DNA from: a virus
Taxonomy: Duplodnaviria; Caudoviricetes
Direction: 5' to 3' (one strand)
Virus record (IMG/VR): IMGVR_UViG_3300029822_000021
Span: 1 to 43,703 of that record
Length of the DNA stretch: 43,703 nt
Shown here piece by piece: positions 8,186 through 16,148 of this stretch (positions are counted from its first letter, which is position 1; each line of letters begins with the position of its first letter). Position numbers and translations under genes: made by a program. The notes under the pieces are model-generated. The model did not search any database and was not told the DNA's origin. It saw only the letters and a program-made list of their open reading frames with translations.

Positions 8186-8207
8186 GGGGCGACCGCGTGG
8201 TCGCCCC
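8186..8207. terminator. GC-rich intergenic hairpin
   Basis: GGGGCGACC-GCGT-GGTCGCCCC; no U tract, so function uncertain. Confidence 0.4.
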
Positions 8208-8239
8208 ATCATAAACCCCAAACGAAGGAGGACGCTGAT

Positions 8240-8599
8240 ATGGGACAACTCTACGAAAAGCATGGAATGATTCTGTTCGACAAAACGCCTCCGGACACTT
8301 GCCCGATGTGCGCCGTAGAGCATGACCCGGCGATGCCGCACAACCTGCATAGTCTGGCCTACCAGTACAAGTTTTATGACAAGTACGGAAGGTGGCCGAC
8401 CTGGGCGGACGCGATCGCCCACTGCGCGGATGATATCCAAGTCGCTTGGCGTGAAGCTCTGGCCGAATATGGCATCGTGGTCGACGCGGAGCCCAAAACC
8501 GCGACTGTCGAGATTGAGATAACCGTCGAGGACGAAGGGAGAGACGCGCTTGGATACACCGCGAAAATTGGAATAAGAGGTGGGCTTAAAAGTGATTGA
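8240..8599 (+). CDS. Hypothetical protein with Cys/His metal-binding motif
   Basis: CPMCAVEHDPAMPHN...GRWPTWADAIAHC; AAGGAGG RBS. Confidence 0.75.
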   Translation: MGQLYEKHGMILFDKTPPDTCPMCAVEHDPAMPHNLHSLAYQYKFYDKYGRWPTWADAIAHCADDIQVAWREALAEYGIVVDAEPKTATVEIEITVEDEGRDALGYTAKIGIRGGLKSD

Positions 8600-9230
8600 C
8601 CGCAACGCACCATTAGCGTTGATTAATTCCGCAATTGCATGGTTCCCACAGATTCATAAAATACCGGGTTATGTTGCCGGAGGGTTTATCCGGGCTTATT
8701 ACTCCGGCGAGCAGCCTAAAGACATGGATATCTATTTCCACAAAGAAAGCGATATTGAGATGGCGGAGCACGTTTTGAGACAGGCCGAGTGGGAAAAGGT
8801 GTTTGAATCCGATCGGGCGCTCTCATATCAAAGAGATCGCAAGCTCATTCAGCTAATAAAAATTATCACCGGCCCACCTTCGGAAGTGATACAGGAATTC
8901 GACTTTACGGTATGCTCCGCAGCGCTGGAACTCAAAGCAACAGAGCAAAACGGCGAAACTGAAATAACCGGAACGGATTTGCTGCATGATGATTTTTTCG
9001 AGCATCTGGCCGCAAGAGTAGTTGTTTTTACAGGATCACGTTTCCCTCTTGCCAGCCTGGCGAGAGCATTCAAATATGTGAAGAAAGGCTATCACATCTG
9101 CGACGAAAACATCATTCGCTTAGCCAGTGACGTGGCCGCATCTATTGATTGGACTAACGAACAGGAAGTCGAAAGCCAGATCGACGGCATGGATCCCGAA
9201 GGCAATCGCCGCATTCGAGCCATTGATTAG
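8592..9230 (+). CDS. Nucleotidyltransferase-fold protein (CCA-adding/poly(A) polymerase head-like)
   Basis: YVAGGFIR...KDMDIYF (GG-x-x-R and DxD), FDFTVC, R...KY..KGY. Confidence 0.7.
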   Translation: MIDRNAPLALINSAIAWFPQIHKIPGYVAGGFIRAYYSGEQPKDMDIYFHKESDIEMAEHVLRQAEWEKVFESDRALSYQRDRKLIQLIKIITGPPSEVIQEFDFTVCSAALELKATEQNGETEITGTDLLHDDFFEHLAARVVVFTGSRFPLASLARAFKYVKKGYHICDENIIRLASDVAASIDWTNEQEVESQIDGMDPEGNRRIRAID

Positions 9231-9246
9231 GGAAGGTGGTGGCGCA

Positions 9247-9486
9247 GTGAACAGATACTTGTCGAAAGACGGGCGGGTGCTGTTTGTCGCGGACGGCATC
9301 TCTTCCGGTGAATGGTGGGGGACTTTCTACCAAAAGAGCAACGGCAGCCTAGCGCGCTTTAAATCCAGCAAGTTGCCAATGCGGAGACGTAAGCGCGACG
9401 CCGAGCAGGATCTTGACCAATACGCGGAGGCCAACGAGTTGATAACGGTAAGCGAGGAACAAAAGGAGGTATGTTCATATGTCTAA
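9247..9486 (+). CDS. Hypothetical protein
   Basis: AAGGTGG RBS before GTG; 79 aa. Confidence 0.6.
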   Translation: MNRYLSKDGRVLFVADGISSGEWWGTFYQKSNGSLARFKSSKLPMRRRKRDAEQDLDQYAEANELITVSEEQKEVCSYV

Positions 9487-9964
9487 AATCGAAGCAACCG
9501 CAAGTGTTACCCTGTACGAGGATTTCGAAGAAAAAAACCTTGAAGAAATGGTCATCGATCTTGCCGCCGAGAAGCTTGCAGAACGATTCTATAAGGACGC
9601 GAAGGATGAGATTTGTAAAAAAGCCGATCAAATTATCTATGATCGTGTCGCTGAGGCGATTAATGATGCGCTAAACACGCCGTGGCAAAAAACCGATTCA
9701 TGGGGCAACCCTTGCGGAGAACCCTGCACATTGGCTGATTTGATACGGAAGAAACTCGATGAGGTTGTGGGCGACAGCTACGATCGCAACAAGCAACAGC
9801 CCAGGATCAGCGCCCTGGTCACTAAGGCGGTCACTGACGCTCTCAACAATGAGATGAAAGACGTTATTCCGCAGGTCAGGGAGCAATTCAAAGCCGCCGT
9901 TGACGGAACATTGACGGCGCAGATTCGCAAGGTCTTGACTGATGGGTTAGGTATTAAGGCGTAA
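9479..9964 (+). CDS. Hypothetical alpha-helical protein
   Basis: AAAAGGAGG RBS; 161 aa. Confidence 0.75.
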   Translation: MSKIEATASVTLYEDFEEKNLEEMVIDLAAEKLAERFYKDAKDEICKKADQIIYDRVAEAINDALNTPWQKTDSWGNPCGEPCTLADLIRKKLDEVVGDSYDRNKQQPRISALVTKAVTDALNNEMKDVIPQVREQFKAAVDGTLTAQIRKVLTDGLGIKA

Positions 9965-9987
9965 GGTGCAAGTGAGGAGGCGATGGC

Positions 9988-10191
9988 GTGAAGATCAACC
10001 ACACAAACACTCCTAATATCGTATGTCCGCATTGCGGTCATGCACAGGCGAGTGCCTACACACAACAGCGCGCCTGCTTGCTGGCGCACGCCTGTGAAAT
10101 TACTTGTGAACAATGCGTGCGGGTCTTTATTTGTAATACGCGCTTAATAACCCGGTTCACGACCATAAAGAAGGGTGAAAGGGATGCGTAA
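9988..10191 (+). CDS. Small zinc-ribbon protein
   Basis: CPHC...CEQC; GAGGAGG RBS. Confidence 0.65.
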   Translation: MKINHTNTPNIVCPHCGHAQASAYTQQRACLLAHACEITCEQCVRVFICNTRLITRFTTIKKGERDA

Positions 10192-10501
10192 CTCCATATT
10201 AGACGAGCTTCAAGGACATACGCGTGACAACCCGATCCCTATGCCAGACTTGGCCGCCCGTCTTGGTACCAGCACACGCCAGCTGCAGCATGTTATTCGT
10301 CAGCTGCGCGAGGAAGGGCACCTGATCGACTGCCGGACGGACCCGCCCAATAACGGCTATTACCTGGCGGAACCGGAAGAGGCGCTGCGGGTGGCTGCTC
10401 ACCTGCAGCGCCGGGGATTCGAAATTCTAAAGACGGGTGCAAGGCTGAAGAAGCGAGCACTGAACGAAATGCAAAGACGCGACCAGGGCAGGTTGTTTTG
10501 A
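10184..10501 (+). CDS. Winged-helix HTH protein
   Basis: PIPMPDLAARLGTSTRQLQHVIRQLREEGHLI...GYYLA. Confidence 0.75.
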   Translation: MRNSILDELQGHTRDNPIPMPDLAARLGTSTRQLQHVIRQLREEGHLIDCRTDPPNNGYYLAEPEEALRVAAHLQRRGFEILKTGARLKKRALNEMQRRDQGRLF

Positions 10502-10509
10502 TTCGAATT

Positions 10510-10823
10510 TCCACAGCGGCGGCAGAACTGATAATTAGAATGGGGGAAACACAAATGGGCGAAGGCGCGTGCATGAGTAAAGATACAAATCTATTTGAAA
10601 GACTGATAACTCTTAAAAACCGCGTTGAGTGTATCAACAGCAGGTTGCGGAACGCACACTCATATGTTACTGGTACTGAAAATGATAAAAACGAAGAAAA
10701 AGGCTTTCAAGTGAGCGGTTTATTGTCCGCCACATCGTGCTTAGAAGTTGTCATCAAGGAAACGGAGACCATTGCCGATTCACTTCTTTCTGCAATGATG
10801 TAAAACCTAACCGCCGCTGTGGA
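10510..10823. repeat. 13-bp perfect inverted repeats flanking a single gene
   Basis: TCCACAGCGGCGG (10510-10522) and CCGCCGCTGTGGA (10811-10823). Confidence 0.8.
10555..10803 (+). CDS. Hypothetical helical protein (AT-rich cassette)
   Basis: ORF between the 13-bp IRs; start at 10555 or 10573. Confidence 0.55.
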   Translation: MGEGACMSKDTNLFERLITLKNRVECINSRLRNAHSYVTGTENDKNEEKGFQVSGLLSATSCLEVVIKETETIADSLLSAMM

Positions 10824-10872
10824 TTATTATTTACCACTTAAACAAACGACATTGTTTGGAGAGTGACTAAGG

Positions 10873-11883
10873 ATGGCGTGGCTGGAATTGCACCAAACGC
10901 TTTGGACACATAGAAAGACGCTGCAAATGGCTGCTGTTCTAAACATACCGCCTATTTATGCTGCCGCTCATATGGCTCATCTGTGGTGCTGGGCGCTGGA
11001 CAATGCCGAAAACGGAGATTTAAGTGGACTCGATCCGTCAGTCATTGCGGTCGCTGCAGGATGGACAGGAGAGCCAGACACGTTTGTGCAGGCTGCGCTG
11101 GCGGTCGGATACTTCGAAAAAGCAGATGATGGCGGGATTACGATCCACGATTGGCACGACTATGCCGGTCGGTTAATGGATGATCGTGCTGCAGAACGCG
11201 AGCGGTCGCGCCGCCGAAGAGAAGAGGCTAAAAAGAAAAAGACCAGCGGTCGACCGGTGGTTGACCAGCGGTCGACCGGCGACACCGTACCCTACCGTAC
11301 CGTACACAACCAAGATCTAAGATCATCAGCAGCAACCACAATAGATCCTACCGTCCCAGCTGCCGTCGAAGCGGCTGCGGCGGCTGAGGGTGAAACGTCA
11401 AAGCCGAACGAAGCGGCAGCCAGACACGCCGCACTAAACCGGATCGAGGGTGTCTTTGCCCAGTTCACTGGTCGGCTGATTCCCAGCCCAAAAGACATGG
11501 AGGACATGCGGGAAGCTCTGCGCCTCTGCCGTGGGGATGCAGAATTCGTGGTAAAAGCGATGGGTGCCGTCTCGAACGCTTATAAGCCACGCTTCCAGGG
11601 GGATAAGATTCGTACATTCTCATATTTCCTGCCAGCGATTCAGGAGGCGGCGGCACTGCGCAATGCCAGGGCGGCACCCATGAAACCATATACATCTGGC
11701 GAGACAAGTGAGCAGCCGTCGATGACAGCGGAGGAACAGGCGCGACTGGCTGCGATGACAGACGAAATTCTTTCCGCACTGCCACCGGAATTGCTGGAGG
11801 TAATGGACCAGGCGGAAGAAGGAGGCGAGCGTCATGAGCGAGACGACCCCAATGGCCACAGCCCTGCAAAACGTACTACCTGA
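10873..11883 (+). CDS. Phage replication initiator / replisome organizer
   Basis: MAWLELHQTL..HRKT...LWCWALDNAENGDL...IHDWHDYAGRL..R..ERER N-terminal domain; internal iteron-like repeats. Confidence 0.8.
   Translation: MAWLELHQTLWTHRKTLQMAAVLNIPPIYAAAHMAHLWCWALDNAENGDLSGLDPSVIAVAAGWTGEPDTFVQAALAVGYFEKADDGGITIHDWHDYAGRLMDDRAAERERSRRRREEAKKKKTSGRPVVDQRSTGDTVPYRTVHNQDLRSSAATTIDPTVPAAVEAAAAAEGETSKPNEAAARHAALNRIEGVFAQFTGRLIPSPKDMEDMREALRLCRGDAEFVVKAMGAVSNAYKPRFQGDKIRTFSYFLPAIQEAAALRNARAAPMKPYTSGETSEQPSMTAEEQARLAAMTDEILSALPPELLEVMDQAEEGGERHERDDPNGHSPAKRTT
11230..11302. repeat. Putative replication origin iterons inside the initiator gene
   Basis: A-tract, then GACCAGCGGTCGACCGG twice (11241-11257, 11263-11279; 22-bp period), then ACCGTAC/ACCCTAC microrepeats. 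Confidence 0.6.
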
Positions 11884-12262
11884 TGCGCTGTTGCGATCGA
11901 TAGAGCAGAGTATGGGGAAAGACGACGAAGCCGGTGCCCAAGAACGCTACCGGATTCTGTTGCGAGGGTTCGAGCAATATAACCTGCAGCAGCGCATCCC
12001 GAACTACCGGATAGAGTTTGCCCAGGCGCTACACGACCTGATCGCATGTCTGCGCTGTGATGGCAACACATGCCGGACTAAGTGCGGGAATCAATGCTAT
12101 TATGCCTTGCACAGACGTGATATAGAGTTCTATGGCGGAAGGCCGATGTTCAGGATTTTTACATGTCCAGGCGTGGCCGAGAGAAAAGAACAACTGCGCC
12201 GGTTATATGTTGAGAACCGCGAGGATGAGGAGCCGCCTGGTAAGGGGCAGTATCCTTGGTGA
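11834..12262 (+). CDS. Cys-rich hypothetical protein next to the initiator
   Basis: CLRCDGNTCRTKCGNQC...CPG; AGGAGG RBS. Confidence 0.7.
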   Translation: MSETTPMATALQNVLPDALLRSIEQSMGKDDEAGAQERYRILLRGFEQYNLQQRIPNYRIEFAQALHDLIACLRCDGNTCRTKCGNQCYYALHRRDIEFYGGRPMFRIFTCPGVAERKEQLRRLYVENREDEEPPGKGQYPW

Positions 12263-12274
12263 AACGAGGTGGAG

Positions 12275-12775
12275 ATGGTGAAGACAAACGAAGCACACAT
12301 ACTTGACGCCGCCTGCGGGGGCCGCATGTTCTGGTTTGACAAAGATGATCCGCGCGCTCTATTTGTGGATAATCGAACAGTTGAAACCACTTTATGCGAC
12401 GGGCGAGCGTTCACAATACAGCCGGACATAGTTGCAGACTTTAGAAATTTACCCTTTTCCGATAACTCGTTTAACCTCGTGGTCTTTGATCCACCGCATC
12501 TGCGCTGGGCTGGCCAAAGCTCATACATGCGTCAAAAGTACGGGGAACTAGGGCCGAACTGGCAAGAAGATATAAAGCGCGGGTTTGCGGAATGTTTTCG
12601 TGTGTTGAGGCCCTATGGAACTTTGGTCTTTAAGTGGAGTGAGGCACAAATACCTTTGCGGGACGTTCTGGCTCTGGCGAATGAAAAGCCGCTATTTGGT
12701 AACCAGAACCTGCGCGGTAAAACTCACTGGGTAGTCTTCATGAAGGAGGGGACATCTCAAAGTGAAACCGAGTGA
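12275..12775 (+). CDS. SAM-dependent (probable N6A/N4C DNA) methyltransferase
   Basis: ILDAACGGRMFWFDK SAM motif, VVFDPPH catalytic motif, ECFRVLRPYGTLVFKW. Confidence 0.85.
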   Translation: MVKTNEAHILDAACGGRMFWFDKDDPRALFVDNRTVETTLCDGRAFTIQPDIVADFRNLPFSDNSFNLVVFDPPHLRWAGQSSYMRQKYGELGPNWQEDIKRGFAECFRVLRPYGTLVFKWSEAQIPLRDVLALANEKPLFGNQNLRGKTHWVVFMKEGTSQSETE

Positions 12776-12911
12776 AGAACGCATCGCCGACAGCACAGAA
12801 GTCATAAGCCGCTGGATTATAAATTTGGCCATATGCCTGGTTGCATCCGTGGCGGTGTTGATTGTGACACTGGTGCTGATCGCGGCGGTGATCGTGAGGA
12901 TGCTTGCATAG
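12762..12911 (+). CDS. Small single-TM protein (49 aa; not in ORF track)
   Basis: AGGAGGGG RBS, GTG start; MKPSEERIADSTEVISRWIINLAICLVASVAVLIVTLVLIAAVIVRMLA. Confidence 0.6.
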   Translation: MKPSEERIADSTEVISRWIINLAICLVASVAVLIVTLVLIAAVIVRMLA

Positions 12912-12941
12912 GCCAGGGAAGGTGTGAAAGGAGAACCTGTC

Positions 12942-13040
12942 ATGATCCACATGGATTTGCTCTGGTCGATCGGTGGCGCACTGATGATCCTGCTGCTATT
13001 GGCGGGGCTGGCGCTGATCGCCTACGTGATGTGGGGATGA
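12942..13040 (+). CDS. Small single-TM peptide (32 aa; not in ORF track)
   Basis: AAAGGAG RBS; MIHMDLLWSIGGALMILLLLAGLALIAYVMWG. Confidence 0.6.
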   Translation: MIHMDLLWSIGGALMILLLLAGLALIAYVMWG

Positions 13041-13076
13041 TTCCTTGACCAATAAACACCGGAAGGAGGAAAAGAC

Positions 13077-13415
13077 ATGCACGACAAGGCTATTGAGTAT
13101 TTCGAAGATGCCATTCGGGAAACCGACGAAATCTTGGCACAACAGTGTAGCCCGTGTCTGCGCGGCGAGCTGACTGAGCAGAAGGCGCACTTCGAAGTGG
13201 CGCTGGCGGCTATGCGGAAGATGAAGTTTCTGGAGGATAAGTCTCGGGTGACGGCGTCAGAAATATTGCTGAGAGAGAGCCTGAACCAGTTGGAAATCCA
13301 CTGCGATACCTGCGGCGGTAGAAGTCGCGGGAATTGCTCTGACCAATCGGAGCAGTGCGGAACTCAGAAATTGAAAGACCGGATTGAAAAGTACCTGGAG
13401 GCGAAAATGGAATGA
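13077..13415 (+). CDS. Hypothetical protein with C-terminal His/Cys module
   Basis: AAGGAGG RBS; C-terminus resembles that of 15141-15482. Confidence 0.7.
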   Translation: MHDKAIEYFEDAIRETDEILAQQCSPCLRGELTEQKAHFEVALAAMRKMKFLEDKSRVTASEILLRESLNQLEIHCDTCGGRSRGNCSDQSEQCGTQKLKDRIEKYLEAKME

Positions 13416-13864
13416 AAGTCACCTTCACGATACTAGGCCCACCGCAGGGAAAAGGAAGGCCACGCTTTAGTAAAATCGGCAATTATGTAACCACACGCAC
13501 ACCGGATCAGACAGTGCTATACGAAAATCTGATCAAAACCGAGTACCAGCGGCAGTGCGGCGGGTTTCGGTTCCTGGACGGCACGGCACTGGAAATGAAT
13601 ATAAAAGCCTTTTACGCCATACCGGCGAGCGTGACTAAAAAGCGCAAGGCCGCCATGCAAGCAGGAAAAACCCGGCCAACCAAAAAGCCCGACGCCGACA
13701 ACGTAGTCAAGGTCGTGGCAGACTCGCTCAACGAAATTGCCTATCGAGATGACGCACAGATTGTTGACTGCCGGTTCGCAAAGTTCTTTTGCGAGCGGCC
13801 GCGGCTGGAAGTCACGATTCAAACGGCAGAGATTACAGAAAGGGGAGGCACCGAAAGTGAATGA
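13412..13864 (+). CDS. rusA: RusA-family Holliday junction resolvase
   Basis: GPPQGKGRPRF, PTKKPDADNVVKVVADSLNEIAYRDDAQIV. Confidence 0.92.
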   Translation: MKVTFTILGPPQGKGRPRFSKIGNYVTTRTPDQTVLYENLIKTEYQRQCGGFRFLDGTALEMNIKAFYAIPASVTKKRKAAMQAGKTRPTKKPDADNVVKVVADSLNEIAYRDDAQIVDCRFAKFFCERPRLEVTIQTAEITERGGTESE

Positions 13865-14276
13865 GCTGGATCGCAATCAGTATTTGCTGTCGATGGACGG
13901 CGACGCCTTTGCAGGGCTAAAGACTGACATCAATGAGATTCTCAAGAAAACGTTGGCCAGCATGGAACTCAAAGACAGCGATGAGGCGGACATAAGTATT
14001 AAGCTGGCCATAGAACTGCATAAGCGCATTGATGATGAAACCGGGCGCGTAGTGGTGTTCCCGATCGTGTCGCACAAAGTGTCCTCAGTCATGAAAACCA
14101 AAACCGAAACCGAGGGGATCCTGAACTCCAAGTGCGACTTTGAACTGGTCTATGATGGAGACATCGGCGAGTACATCATCAGGCGGCTGCCAAAAGCGCA
14201 GCTGGAGTTATTCGAAAACGGATTGCGCGCCAATACAGCGTTCGAGCGCGAAGCGCGTGAGGCCAAAGGAGCGTAA
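13857..14276 (+). CDS. Hypothetical protein
   Basis: GGGGAGG RBS before GTG; 139 aa. Confidence 0.7.
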   Translation: MNELDRNQYLLSMDGDAFAGLKTDINEILKKTLASMELKDSDEADISIKLAIELHKRIDDETGRVVVFPIVSHKVSSVMKTKTETEGILNSKCDFELVYDGDIGEYIIRRLPKAQLELFENGLRANTAFEREAREAKGA

Positions 14277-14341
14277 GTCAGTGTGGAGGTAGGGTCAGGC
14301 CACGGAAGGCCGCCCCGGAAGGGGCGGAAAGGAGTAGACCA

Positions 14342-14620
14342 ATGAGTGAATATGACGTTTCAAAATCAGTTGCGGCGCAGAAAGAGTTTTGCGAGAAAAC
14401 CGGAGAGCCACATTTCGCACCAAGCACAGGGTTCTGCTATTGCTGCGGCACGAACATTTATCATCCCATTGCCTGGGAGCGCAACCTGATAGATAGATGT
14501 CAGGTTCACATGCCGCTCGATGCGCCGGAGGTCGGAAAGATAACGGGTATTACGGTGGAAGAAGCGGGAAAATCGCTTGTTACCGGATGTCCTCATTGTC
14601 ATAGAAGTTACTGCGATTAG
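14342..14620 (+). CDS. Zinc-binding hypothetical protein
   Basis: PHFAP..GFCYCC...LVTGCPHCHRSYCD. Confidence 0.75.
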   Translation: MSEYDVSKSVAAQKEFCEKTGEPHFAPSTGFCYCCGTNIYHPIAWERNLIDRCQVHMPLDAPEVGKITGITVEEAGKSLVTGCPHCHRSYCD

Positions 14621-14647
14621 AGAGAAGACCAGAAAGGAGCGATAGCA

Positions 14648-14866
14648 GTGAAAGAACATAGAATGCAAATCGGCGTGTTCGAAGCCATCGAGGTCGGGGA
14701 GCGATTGTATTACGGATATGATGTCGTGTTCAATGGCTCCCTGATATCGCGGAGGGTTGGTTTCGAGAATCAAAAGGGCGCGGAGAATGCGGCCCTGGAA
14801 GAAGAAAATAGGCTTGAGGAGTTGCTTGAGCTAGAAATGGTGCCCGGAACGGTGGAGATACAATGA
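14648..14866 (+). CDS. Hypothetical protein
   Basis: AGAAAGGAG RBS. Confidence 0.6.
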   Translation: MKEHRMQIGVFEAIEVGERLYYGYDVVFNGSLISRRVGFENQKGAENAALEEENRLEELLELEMVPGTVEIQ

Positions 14867-15144
14867 ACATTTATCTTGGAAACCTATCGGTCGAACAGAT
14901 TGAGCAACGACTTGGCATTGAATTAACAGAGAATAACCGTAAAGAGTTGAGGTCGTCCAGGCAAGAAAAGGCGTCCGGCATTGAAAGTAATAAGTGGCAT
15001 TGCTTCGACATTCCATTCACGATCGTGTGCGGTGGTAAGCATTTTGCCGAAAAGCTAACAAAAATGTTAACCCCTTATGCTGACAAAATGAATTGTCCAA
15101 TAGAAATAGGATGGGAAGCCGCTGAAAGCGAGGGCCTAAAATGA
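14863..15144 (+). CDS. Hypothetical protein
   Basis: ATGA overlap; IYLGNLSVEQIE...KWHCFDIPF. Confidence 0.7.
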   Translation: MNIYLGNLSVEQIEQRLGIELTENNRKELRSSRQEKASGIESNKWHCFDIPFTIVCGGKHFAEKLTKMLTPYADKMNCPIEIGWEAAESEGLK

Positions 15145-15482
15145 GCACAGGCGAGAGATTAAATCGAATTGTCGAGGCCGACAAAAACGACGAGCATTAT
15201 TGGTGGTGTCCTACCTGTGAAAGAATTGTGCTCCCCACAGAAGTGACTTTTTCCGAACACCACGACACAAATTCGGGAGGATGCGGAAGAGCAGTCATTG
15301 CTAAAAAAGGGCATGAGGGAGATGCTCCATTCGCCGCGAAGGTAGCACTCGAAGCGCGGGAGTTGCTGCTGGAAAGTCAGGACCAACTCAATGCCCATTG
15401 CCAAGAACGGGAGTGCGCACATTGTAATGAGTGTTACACCAAAGACCTGCTCGACCGTATCAAAAACCATTTGGAAGACTAA
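15141..15482 (+). CDS. Cys/His-rich hypothetical protein
   Basis: WCPTC...H...C plus a C-terminal module shared with 13077-13415. Confidence 0.7.
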   Translation: MSTGERLNRIVEADKNDEHYWWCPTCERIVLPTEVTFSEHHDTNSGGCGRAVIAKKGHEGDAPFAAKVALEARELLLESQDQLNAHCQERECAHCNECYTKDLLDRIKNHLED

Positions 15483-15516
15483 GCGCGGAAGTGACCGTTC
15501 GGATGGGGGTGACAAC

Positions 15517-15954
15517 GTGGCTGTAAAAATAGCAAGGGCGGTATTTAGATACATAGAACATGAACTCTTTCACTACGATCAGACGCTGCGCGAACTGATG
15601 GACATGCAAACGCAGCTGAGCTACATCGACTTAACCCCCGCATACAGGGAGGCGGCTGCCTCAATCGCTGGCGGTCATGTAGGCGACCAGACTTCCCGGC
15701 AGGCAATCAGGCGCATAACCACGTCGGCTGCTGTCGCCACCATGGCCAGGTCCATCACAGCTATTGACCGAGCGCTGGCGCAGCTGAGTGAAGACCATCG
15801 TGCGGTATTCGAGCTGCGCTACCAGAAAGAATGGCCCTGGGAAATTGTCTCCCGCGAAATGCACATATCAGAGCGCACATACCAGCGCTTACGCCGCAAA
15901 TTAGTCCTGGTGGTAGGATGCGAACTGGGGCTAATCAACCCCATGGAAATTTGA
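15517..15954 (+). CDS. rinA: RinA/ArpU-family late transcriptional activator
   Basis: FRYIEHELFHY...AIDRALAQL...FELRY...W..VSREMHISERTYQRLRRKLV; last gene before terS. Confidence 0.85.
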   Translation: MAVKIARAVFRYIEHELFHYDQTLRELMDMQTQLSYIDLTPAYREAAASIAGGHVGDQTSRQAIRRITTSAAVATMARSITAIDRALAQLSEDHRAVFELRYQKEWPWEIVSREMHISERTYQRLRRKLVLVVGCELGLINPMEI

Positions 15955-15966
15955 CCGGCAAAAAGT

Positions 15967-16010
15967 TGGCGGAAATGTGGCGGGAATGAGAGTACTTTTT
16001 ATGTTATGGT
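15967..16010 (+). promoter_or_regulatory. Putative RinA-activated late promoter
   Basis: Tandem 11-bp repeats TGGCGGAAATG/TGGCGGGAATG (15967-15988) upstream of TG-N-TATGGT (16002-16010). Confidence 0.55.
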
Positions 16011-16016
16011 GTAAAC

Positions 16017-16123
16017 GAGCAAAGCGGCAAACAAAACAGCCGCCGACGGAGACGCTGACATCGGCGGTCCTCCTTTCTGGATAGCGGGATCCGGTATGAT
16101 TTTACCGGGTCCCGCGTTATTTT
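16017..16123 (+). ncRNA. Structured late leader or candidate sRNA
   Basis: Hairpin 16039-16068, single-stranded anti-SD TCCTCCTTTCT at 16068-16078, 13-bp hairpin 16084-16115 followed by GTTATTTT. Confidence 0.45.
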
Positions 16124-16148
16124 AGGGCAAAAACGCGACGGAAGGACG

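Noticed and set aside
12972-12998. GG-x-LMILL similarity between the 32-aa peptide and TM2 of the spanin-like gene (~42253)
   Set aside because: Short hydrophobic low-complexity match, likely coincidental.
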